Shown here: positions 37,409 through 44,037 of the stretch, piece by piece
Layout: the number at the start of each line of letters is the position of its first letter
How positions within the stretch are numbered: position 1 is the stretch's first letter
NCBI GenBank assembly: GCA_050950285.1
Contig: JBMNHG010000006.1
Span: forward strand, 105,167-169,166
Source of the DNA: Kiritimatiellia bacterium
Lineage (GTDB): Bacteria > Verrucomicrobiota > Kiritimatiellia > RFP12 > JBMNHG01
Direction of reading: 5' to 3'
DNA: 64,000 nucleotides
Position numbers and translations under genes: made by a program
Notes under the pieces: generated by a model
Database searches by the model: none
Told to the model about the DNA's origin: nothing
The model's input: only the letters and a program-made list of their open reading frames with translations

Positions 37409-39541
37409 ATGAGGACTTTCGCATACGTCAACAAGGCGAGATATTCCGCGCTAGCCATAATGCTAGTTGCGGTCTTTCCGGTATTTGCTTCTCTTCCGAG
37501 ATACGGCTTTCTAGACACCGATGCCGAGGTCGTCCGTTCCCACAGCGCGGGTAACACGGTACGCTACGCCTACGACGCGCTCGACCGGCTGGTGGCGCGG
37601 GATGCCTTCAACCACGAAGGGCACGGAAAACACGAAACCTTCGCCTACGATGCCGTCGGCAACCTGCTCGCTGCCTCCAATGAAGTGGCGCGCCTGTCGT
37701 TCAGCTACGACGTGATGGACCGGCTGGCCACCGCCACGACCGTTGTTTCAAACGCCACCTTCACCGCCGCCTACGCCCGCGACACGGGCGGGCTGGTTAC
37801 CAACCTCGTCTATGCCCCCGGCAAAAGCATCGCGCGCACCTACGACGCCGACGGGCGGCTCGCGACCGTCTCCGACTGGCTCGGCCACACGTGGCACTTC
37901 GCGTGGGATGGCGCGGGCAAGCCCACCGGCGGCACGTCGCCCGGCGGCATCGCCGCCACCAACCGCTACGACGCGGCGGGGCGTCTCGAATCGTGGTCGG
38001 TCGGTACGCTGGCCGGACGTACCGTCACCCGCGACGCGGCGGGGCGTCTCGAATCGTGGTCGGTCGGTACGCTGGCCGGACGTACCGTCACCCGCGACGC
38101 GGCGGGGCTCAAGACCCGCGAGGATATCACCGCCGGACCGCACCCGGCCCCTGCCTTCGTGCGCTACGCCACCAACACCTTCGACGCCGCCGACCGCCTG
38201 GTGTCGGCGCAGGTGCGGTACGGCTCGCACACCAACGCCGCCGTCTCCGAGACCTACCTCTACGACGGCAACGGCGCTTTAACAAGCCTCGTATCAGGCT
38301 CAAACACCATCTTCACCGCCACCTACTCCCCCCTCGGCCAGCTCTCCTCACTTTTCGTGCCTTTCGTGCCTTTCGTGGTTGAATGCACCTACGATCCCCT
38401 CGGCAACCGCCTCATCTCCGGCGACCGCCTCTTCATCCCCGACCATGCCGATCCCCTCAAGCGCCCGCTGATCGAGGCCGACGCCGCCACCGGCGCGCCG
38501 CTGCGCTACTACCTCTGGGCGCCCGGACGCCTGCTCGGCTTCATAGACGCCGCTTCCGGCGCGCTCACCGTGGCCCACTGCGACGAATACGGCTCCGTCG
38601 TGGCCCTCACCGACGAGGCCGGCAACACGTTACACACCGCCTGCTACGGCCCCAACGGTCAGGACTGGGGCGCCACCGGCGCCAACCCCACCCCCTTCGC
38701 CTGGCTCGGCGGGCATGGTGTGCAGCAGGTCGCCGTTTCAGAACACCTCGGCCCGCTCTACCTCACGCGCCACCGCCTCTACAGCGCCAGTCTCCAGCGC
38801 TTCCTCTCACCCGACCCCCTCGGTCTCGCAGGCGGTTTGAACCTCTACGCCTACGCCGAGGGCGACCCGCTGAGCTACATCGACCCGCTGGGATTGTGTC
38901 CTGAAAACAACTATTGGGAGACAGGCAGTTACCTCGGAGACGTCGGGCAGTTCGTTGCGGGTTACGGTGATGCTATTGCAGGTACGGTCGGTGGTCTCTA
39001 CAATGTTGTGCGCCATCCGATACAGACGGCGGCGGGATTGTTCAACGCTGTTGCTCATCCCGTACAGACAGCCCAGGCTATGGCCGATGGCATAGCCGAA
39101 ACATGGGACAGCGGGAACAGGGGGCGCGGCCAGATCGTCGGCAACACCTTGATCATAGCCGCAACCATCGCCGCACCGCATGCAAAGACAAGTAGCATAG
39201 CGAAAACAGCAAATGCTGCGAAAAGCGGACAAACGTTTGAAATTATTGATGGCGTTCGTAGAGCGAAAGCAGCACAGTCTCTTGGAAAACAGAGTGTGGC
39301 CGCTAATATCTTTAATGCAGATGGCCAGCTTATCGGTCAAGGCAACATTCCAATTAGAGCTTTGACTTCGCCAAACAAGTCGGTAATTGATATGTCCACG
39401 CAAGCCCAATTCGACCGATACATGAGTATCCAGCGTGGTTTGCAAGAGGGTGCAAGTTTACCGCCAATTTCAGTAACGCCTGGTAGTCGTGGCATTCCTG
39501 TCTCAGATGTCATTTTCGACGCAATTGGAGCAGCACAGTGA
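37409..39541 (+). CDS. Orphan RHS C-terminal module 2: own signal-peptide leader, ~450 aa of YD-repeat shell plus RHS core, alternative toxin tip with a ParB/Srx-fold motif
   Basis: MRTFAYVNKARYSALAIMLVAVFPVFASLPR is the leader. Positions 37540-38895 are about 90 percent identical by eye to the main RHS at 33735-35010, including DPLSYIDPLGL. The sequence then diverges, and the tip contains FEIIDGVRRAKAAQSLGKQSVAANIF. Confidence 0.85.
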   Translation: MRTFAYVNKARYSALAIMLVAVFPVFASLPRYGFLDTDAEVVRSHSAGNTVRYAYDALDRLVARDAFNHEGHGKHETFAYDAVGNLLAASNEVARLSFSYDVMDRLATATTVVSNATFTAAYARDTGGLVTNLVYAPGKSIARTYDADGRLATVSDWLGHTWHFAWDGAGKPTGGTSPGGIAATNRYDAAGRLESWSVGTLAGRTVTRDAAGRLESWSVGTLAGRTVTRDAAGLKTREDITAGPHPAPAFVRYATNTFDAADRLVSAQVRYGSHTNAAVSETYLYDGNGALTSLVSGSNTIFTATYSPLGQLSSLFVPFVPFVVECTYDPLGNRLISGDRLFIPDHADPLKRPLIEADAATGAPLRYYLWAPGRLLGFIDAASGALTVAHCDEYGSVVALTDEAGNTLHTACYGPNGQDWGATGANPTPFAWLGGHGVQQVAVSEHLGPLYLTRHRLYSASLQRFLSPDPLGLAGGLNLYAYAEGDPLSYIDPLGLCPENNYWETGSYLGDVGQFVAGYGDAIAGTVGGLYNVVRHPIQTAAGLFNAVAHPVQTAQAMADGIAETWDSGNRGRGQIVGNTLIIAATIAAPHAKTSSIAKTANAAKSGQTFEIIDGVRRAKAAQSLGKQSVAANIFNADGQLIGQGNIPIRALTSPNKSVIDMSTQAQFDRYMSIQRGLQEGASLPPISVTPGSRGIPVSDVIFDAIGAAQ
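37607..37639 (+). repeat. In-frame cacgaa-type element in orphan module 2
   Basis: ttcaaccacgaagggcacggaaaacacgaaacc. Confidence 0.7.
37970..38095 (+). repeat. Perfect 63-bp tandem duplication (2 copies) inside orphan RHS module 2
   Basis: gacgcggcggggcgtctcgaatcgtggtcggtcggtacgctggccggacgtaccgtcacccgc occurs at 37970-38032 and again, identically, at 38033-38095. It duplicates DAAGRLESWSVGTLAGRTVTR. The main RHS has a single copy. Confidence 0.95.
38351..38383 (+). repeat. In-frame triple-tandem element (ctttcgtgc x3 + gttgaa) in orphan module 2. It is the inverted counterpart of the cacgaa-type element.
   Basis: cttttcgtgcctttcgtgcctttcgtggttgaa encodes LFVPFVPFVVE. Its reverse complement matches 37607-37639 at 27 of 33 positions. 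It occupies the position where the main RHS carries the ctctgcg element. Confidence 0.75.
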
Positions 39542-39786
39542 TTATTGAACAGAAGAAGATTGCGGCTATGAAAGCACTGCAATCCGTCATTATCCATGGT
39601 CGTATTATGGCTTACGAGAAGGCGGACTACAATAGAATAGCCGACCTGCTGGATCGCGCTGAATACTTAGCGGGTATGTTTTACGAGAATCGGGATATGA
39701 CGGTGACATTTCGAGAGAACTTGGTTGAAATTGCTGAACTTCACAATTGTGGAATCGCATTAACGCAATTTGACACAAATTGTTGA
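39538..39786 (+). CDS. Putative immunity protein for the ParB-fold toxin tip
   Basis: 82 aa. The GTG start overlaps the toxin stop (GTGA). It is AT-rich and has no signal peptide. Confidence 0.55.
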   Translation: MIIEQKKIAAMKALQSVIIHGRIMAYEKADYNRIADLLDRAEYLAGMFYENRDMTVTFRENLVEIAELHNCGIALTQFDTNC

Positions 39787-40119
39787 TTTTTCGGCAATTA
39801 CGATGAAAGCCTTGTTTTACGAGCTTTACGGGACTTTGACAATTCTGCCCTTCAAGGATCATTTTTCCAAGACGCATCTGTTTGGTATTGCACCCACAAT
39901 TGGACGAGTCGCGGCCAGAATTCATCGGTCTTGCGAAAGGCATTGCGTGACGGTTTCGAGATACACGATGCTTCCGCTCATAGACCGAATTGGTTCCCCA
40001 ATCCTACGTTGCTACGCCCTGATCGGACAGTTGGGCAGAGTTTCTTGGGCGCAGAGCGAAACATCTTGGACAATAAGGGTTTGATTTTGAGTTCCGACGG
40101 AATATATGTACCTAAGTGA
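39787..40119 (+). pseudogene. Start-less relic of a toxin tip homologous to the main RHS C-terminal domain
   Basis: The open frame directly after the stop at 39784-39786 reads FGNYDESLVLRALRDFDNSALQGSFFQDASVWYCTHNWTSRGQNSSVLRKALRDGFEIHDAS...VGQSFLGAERNILDNKGL. The main toxin reads KANWKQNSGVLRQEMNRGLPIRDAS...GGQFLNAERYLLRDRGW. There is no ATG before 39931. Confidence 0.6.
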
Positions 40120-40517
40120 AACCAATGAGCACAACCACGCAGAACGAGTTTGAATACCAGGTTCTCGCCTGTTTTCGGAAACACGCAAACACATTGCGTT
40201 TGTGTGAACCCACATTCAGGAGAGAGGGTTATGTCATTACCGCGACAATGTCGGCAGGGCCATCCGGGAAAGTAGAGCTTCGATATGGTCCTGCCGAGTA
40301 TGTTACTGAAATCTTTATCTACACATCGGCGGACAATAAACGATGGAGTTTGACTGACCTATTGAATAATGAGCAAATTCGCACTTGGATACTTAAAAAC
40401 AAACCGGATATGTCAGGTAGATCTCGTCTTGAGACAGAGATAACCTTTGCGTTTTCTCTTCTGAACGAAGGACTGGTAGATATTCCTGATTTCCACTGGT
40501 TGGCCAGTAAGGCGTGA
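40116..40517 (+). CDS. Putative immunity protein paired with the relic toxin tip (weakly resembles the 35704-36285 product)
   Basis: The GTG at 40116 overlaps the relic stop; an alternative ATG is at 40125. VELRYGPAEYVTEIFIYTSADNKRWSLTDLL compares with VNIFHGRQSYEIGLELESLVSKTEKYSFSELL in the first immunity protein. Confidence 0.55.
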   Translation: MKPMSTTTQNEFEYQVLACFRKHANTLRLCEPTFRREGYVITATMSAGPSGKVELRYGPAEYVTEIFIYTSADNKRWSLTDLLNNEQIRTWILKNKPDMSGRSRLETEITFAFSLLNEGLVDIPDFHWLASKA

Positions 40518-41290
40518 AGATGCAACGTGTTATCGCAGTTTGGCAACAGCTTGCGGCTACAACGATACAGGTCATCGCCGCGTTGTCTCTTTGCGCTACG
40601 ACACCTATGGTTCGTACTGCGGACTGCGGCGTGCATGATTGCTACCACAAATACACGTTCGCCGCCAGCCGGCCATCCGGCGCGGACAACAGCGTCGCCT
40701 ACCGGCCACCGCCATATACCCATCAGCCAAGCGGCGAACTGTACGACACGCTCCTCGATCCGCGCTCCCGCGCCCTGATGCATCAAAACATGCTGCTTCC
40801 CGAAGGCGCCATCGGCACCCCGCTTGGCGACCACATGGCCAAGAGCATGGTAGTGAACACGTTCACAGCTCCAGGCCTCGCCATCATCGGCGAAGGCATA
40901 TCAACAGCAGTGGGAAGGCTTTTCGGCGCGCCAAAGATAAACACTCCTCATGGCGTTGCCATTCAGTCTGGGACGCCGGAAGCTCAAGCCGCATTGCGAC
41001 AAGTCCAAAGTGGCACGACGGTCTATAGGCAGGGGCAACTTGGTTTTCAAAACACAGGGAATGCACAATACTGGTCTTTACAGAACCCCGCATCCACCCC
41101 CAATTACGCCAACCAAATGGGGATGCCTTCTGCCGCCGGTGGAGAGACGTGGATTATGGGGGGACAATTGAAACCCGGGAGTCCTGTCATCACGCGTCCT
41201 GCTCCAGCTATTCCCCCAAATGCTGGTGGAACCATTGAAGCTGTCACTCAACCCGGCGGGGTCAGCATTAACTGGTTCCATATGCCCTGA
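40514..41290 (+). CDS. Free-standing toxin-like protein (no RHS repeats) with an N-terminal hydrophobic segment; family unassigned
   Basis: GTGA overlap with the upstream gene; alternative ATG at 40520. The N-terminus is QQLAATTIQVIAALSLCATTP. The C-terminal ~110 aa read GTTVYRQGQLGFQNTGNAQYWSLQNPASTPNYANQMGMPSAAGGETWIMGGQLKPGSPVITRPAPAIPPNAGGTIEAV. Confidence 0.5.
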   Translation: MKMQRVIAVWQQLAATTIQVIAALSLCATTPMVRTADCGVHDCYHKYTFAASRPSGADNSVAYRPPPYTHQPSGELYDTLLDPRSRALMHQNMLLPEGAIGTPLGDHMAKSMVVNTFTAPGLAIIGEGISTAVGRLFGAPKINTPHGVAIQSGTPEAQAALRQVQSGTTVYRQGQLGFQNTGNAQYWSLQNPASTPNYANQMGMPSAAGGETWIMGGQLKPGSPVITRPAPAIPPNAGGTIEAVTQPGGVSINWFHMP

Positions 41291-41299
41291 GGAGTCAAA

Positions 41300-41689
41300 A
41301 TGCGTATGCCGTCGCAGATAATTACTAGATTGCTTGAAGGCGAACACTTCAATATGGATCAACGAAAGGCTTTAGGTCTTCTTCCTGCAGAGACTTTGAG
41401 CTATGCCGAGGTTCGAGACCATTTAGCACTTCTGCTTGCCGACCGAGAATGGTTCCCTGCTAAGCCTTCTGATTCACACAACACGGATGCGATTCACGAG
41501 GGCATCTTTATTCACCATGTCTCTCCAAACAGGTTCATTTGCTACGCCCGCCGAGCATCAACTGAAAATCCTCTTGTCCTAGCCGAGCAGTCAGCTTGCG
41601 AATTCGGATCGGCACGGGAAGCTGCGGATTACTATCTAAGATGGGAATTGAATCTTCCCGGCCGTTTGGATGGATGGGTCGTTGAGTAG
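41300..41689 (+). CDS. Small cytoplasmic protein, candidate immunity protein
   Basis: 129 aa. The RBS gaggag lies 6-11 nt upstream of the ATG. It is AT-rich and sits directly downstream of the toxin-like ORF. Confidence 0.5.
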   Translation: MRMPSQIITRLLEGEHFNMDQRKALGLLPAETLSYAEVRDHLALLLADREWFPAKPSDSHNTDAIHEGIFIHHVSPNRFICYARRASTENPLVLAEQSACEFGSAREAADYYLRWELNLPGRLDGWVVE

Positions 41690-41697
41690 GCGAACAT

Positions 41698-42057
41698 ATG
41701 ATGAGAAAAATTATGTATCACCCTTCTGATTTGCGCGGCGAAGAAATATCCGCCGTGTGTTTCGTGCGTGATTACGTGGAATTCCATTTTGATGGCGCGA
41801 TACTTCGCAGTCTATCGAATCCGATCATCTTGATTCAGGGCGTAGAACATCGCTTTCCTGAACCTGGTTCGCGTGATGCACTTTGTAAGCTTATCGGTTC
41901 AACGGTTGTAGATGTGACGTTGGAAGAGTTCCAAGCGTTGAAGGTGACTACGACAGACGGCTGCAAAATCACAATTCCACTTGACAACAGGCATCTTCGT
42001 GGTTCGGAAGCTATGCACTTCGTTCCCTACCTTAACGGGCCAATTCAAGTGTGGTAG
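41698..42057 (+). CDS. Small cytoplasmic protein, second candidate (orphan) immunity protein
   Basis: 119 aa, beginning 8 nt after the previous stop, with the same AT-rich composition. Confidence 0.45.
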   Translation: MMRKIMYHPSDLRGEEISAVCFVRDYVEFHFDGAILRSLSNPIILIQGVEHRFPEPGSRDALCKLIGSTVVDVTLEEFQALKVTTTDGCKITIPLDNRHLRGSEAMHFVPYLNGPIQVW

Positions 42058-42140
42058 CTCGCTGACACCCATAGTTCGACAAATGATATTGTCGGTTATG
42101 ATTGGAAGTTTTGCTATTCATTGAGTCTCTAACAGTTTAT

Positions 42141-42430
42141 ACAGATATGCAACAGGCATCGCATAGGCATGTAAAGCATTGCGTCGCAGCATTTGTTGCG
42201 ACGATAGTGCTGCCTTTTGCCGTTCGAGCCTATGCACCTTTGCCATCCGATGCTTCGGTTTCACCGGCTCGCGTCACTGTAAGCACAGCACCAGTTAGTG
42301 ATGGTTTCACCTACGACCTCGCCGGCAACCTCACCAACCGCGCCGACGGCGCGGGCAACACGGTACGGTACGCCTACGACGCCCTCGACCGGCTGGTGGC
42401 GCGGGACGCCTTCAACCACGAAGGGCACGA
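42141..42430 (+). repeat. Dispersed repeat copy B (orphan leader plus first YD repeats)
   Basis: See copy A. Both begin acagatatgca(g/a)cagg. Confidence 0.9.
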
Positions 42431-42761
42431 AAAACACGAAACCTTTACCTACGACGCGGTGGGGAATCTGCTGACCGCCTCTAATGATGCGGCGCGCCTC
42501 TCGTTCAGCTACGACGTGATGGACAGGCTGGTCACCGCCACGACCGCCGTTTCCAACGCCACTTTCTCCGCCGCCTACGCCCGCGACGCGGGCGGGCTGG
42601 TCACCAACCTGATGTACGCCCTCGGCAAAAGCGTCACGCGCACCTACGATGCCGACGGGCGGCTCGCGACGGTCAGCGACTGGCTCAAACGCCCGCTTGC
42701 AAAATCACCACAAAAAGGCCACCATTTCACCGTGATTCAGAGAAATAGTTGGGGGCACTGA
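42147..42761 (+). CDS. Truncated orphan RHS fragment 3: same leader as fragment 1 plus ~150 aa of YD repeats. Homology is broken at 42686/42687.
   Basis: MQQASHRHVKHCVAAFVATIVLPFAVRAYAPLPSDASV...NHEGHEKHETFTYDAVGNLL...RTYDADGRLATVSDWL, followed by the unrelated tail KRPLAKSPQKGHHFTVIQRNSWGH. The ORF-track start at 42102 is a TTG. Confidence 0.6.
   Translation: MQQASHRHVKHCVAAFVATIVLPFAVRAYAPLPSDASVSPARVTVSTAPVSDGFTYDLAGNLTNRADGAGNTVRYAYDALDRLVARDAFNHEGHEKHETFTYDAVGNLLTASNDAARLSFSYDVMDRLVTATTAVSNATFSAAYARDAGGLVTNLMYALGKSVTRTYDADGRLATVSDWLKRPLAKSPQKGHHFTVIQRNSWGH
42411..42443 (+). repeat. In-frame cacgaa-type element in orphan fragment 3
   Basis: ttcaaccacgaagggcacgaaaaacacgaaacc, identical to 33794-33826. 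Confidence 0.7.
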
Positions 42762-42885
42762 AGAGTTGCGGGAGCAACTCGGCAAGAGGTTCATCACCGG
42801 GGTGGTGCTCTACACCGGCAACAATCTGATCCCGTTTGGCGACCAACTCTGGCTCGTGCCCCTGCCGGTCCTGTGGGCGCCGTAA
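42736..42885 (+). pseudogene. C-terminal stub of a DUF4143-type AAA+ ATPase (COG1373-like)
   Basis: FREIVGGTEELREQLGKRFITGVVLYTGNNLIPFGDQLWLVPLPVLWAP resembles the conserved C-terminus of that family. It has no start codon, and a stop lies immediately upstream in frame. Confidence 0.5.
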
Positions 42886-42914
42886 TCTTCCTTCATCCTG
42901 TTATACGAAAATCT

Positions 42915-42952
42915 CGAAAAGGCACCGCCCTGCTTTTTCGTTTGTTCAGTGT
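42915..42952 (+). repeat. 38-bp direct repeat, left copy (upstream of abiEi)
   Basis: cgaaaaggcaccgccctgctttttcgtttgttcagtgt. It differs from the copy at 44000-44037 at about 4 positions. Confidence 0.8.
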
Positions 42953-42992
42953 AATAGTTGCTTTTAATCAGCAAATACGATAACTTGAGGCA

Positions 42993-43628
42993 ATGAATTT
43001 TGAGAAATTGGTAGCATTGGTTGCTGACGAGCCGGTTTTTTCGTCCAGCCTTTTGTTGTCCGGGATGGCGGATCCGCAGCGGCTGCGGTTGCAGTTGTCG
43101 CGCTGGGTGAAGGCCGGGCGGCTGCATCAGATCCGCCGCGGACTGTATGCCCTGGCACCGCCGTGGCGCAAGGTCGAGCCGCACCCGTTCCTGGTTGCCA
43201 ACAGCCTCCGGCGCGGAAGCTATGTGAGCCTGCAATCCGCACTGGCATGGCATGGGGTCATTCCCGAACAGGTGCCGGTGGTCACCAGCGTGGGGCCCGG
43301 GCGTCCCGGAACGACGACCACCCCGCTCGGCGCTTTTCAGTACCGCTATCTTGCCGAGGAGTTGCGGTTCGGTTTTACGCGAATCGAGGTTGCTCCCCGC
43401 CAGTTCGCCTTTATGGCATCGCCGGAGAAGGCGCTGCTCGATTTGGTTCACCTGACCCCCGGTGCGGACTCGGAAGCATTTCTCCGGGAGCTGCGTCTAC
43501 AAAACCCGGGGGTATTCCAGCCTGCGGAGCTTGGGGAACTGGCCCGGCGCAGCGGGAAACCCAAGCTCGTGAGGGCATCCCGAATGATCCGCACGTTGCT
43601 GGCCGAAGAGGAGGGGGTGCCCTTGTGA
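42993..43628 (+). CDS. AbiEi-family type IV toxin-antitoxin antitoxin / transcriptional regulator
   Basis: LRLQLSRWVKAGRLHQIRRGLYALAP...PFLVANSLRRGSYVSLQSALAWHGVIPEQV is typical of AbiEi_4. Confidence 0.75.
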   Translation: MNFEKLVALVADEPVFSSSLLLSGMADPQRLRLQLSRWVKAGRLHQIRRGLYALAPPWRKVEPHPFLVANSLRRGSYVSLQSALAWHGVIPEQVPVVTSVGPGRPGTTTTPLGAFQYRYLAEELRFGFTRIEVAPRQFAFMASPEKALLDLVHLTPGADSEAFLRELRLQNPGVFQPAELGELARRSGKPKLVRASRMIRTLLAEEEGVPL

Positions 43629-43631
43629 AGG

Positions 43632-43967
43632 ATGGTTTACGACAAGGCTTCGCTTTTCGCAGGCAAGCTGCATGCCGTACTGAGCCGCAAATGGACCAAA
43701 GGGCGCGATCTTTACGACCTTGCCTGGTACTTGGCGGACCGCCACTGGCCCGCGCCGAATCTCGACCAGCTCAATGCCGCCCTGGCCCAGACCAGCTGGG
43801 AAGGGCCGACGCTGACCGCTGCCAACTGGCGGAGCGAATTGGCCCGGCGGCTTGAAGCCGTTGAGTGGGAGCGCGCACGCGCGGACGTCAGTCCCTTCCT
43901 GGAACGGACTTCCGACATCGACTTGGTTTCGGCCGAAACATTGGGCAAGTTGCTGGAAGCCCCCTGA
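43632..43967 (+). CDS. AbiEii/AbiGii nucleotidyltransferase toxin, C-terminal 111 aa only (N-terminal catalytic half missing)
   Basis: ASLFAGKLHAVLSRKWTKGRDLYDLAWYL matches the C-terminal region of AbiEii. The gene begins 3 nt after the abiEi stop and is far shorter than the family norm. Confidence 0.6.
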   Translation: MVYDKASLFAGKLHAVLSRKWTKGRDLYDLAWYLADRHWPAPNLDQLNAALAQTSWEGPTLTAANWRSELARRLEAVEWERARADVSPFLERTSDIDLVSAETLGKLLEAP

Positions 43968-43999
43968 AGGAGTAAATGAGTGCCTTACGGATCGACAAG

Positions 44000-44037
44000 C
44001 GAAAAGACGCCGCCCCGCTTTTTTGTTTGTTCAGTGT
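44000..44037 (+). repeat. 38-bp direct repeat, right copy (downstream of the truncated abiEii)
   Basis: cgaaaagacgccgccccgcttttttgtttgttcagtgt. Confidence 0.8.

Noticed and set aside
37607-38383. A 33-bp imperfect inverted repeat pair (27/33) flanking 711 bp inside orphan module 2, considered as a possible invertible switch
   Set aside because: No recombinase or invertase gene is nearby. Inversion would destroy the RHS reading frame. The arms belong to the dispersed mini-repeat family, so they are better explained as two independent element copies.
39605-40084. ORFs 39770-40084(+) and 39605-39943(-)
   Set aside because: They overlap the frame that shows clear homology to the main toxin tip (39787-40119). 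Their translations have no recognisable features.
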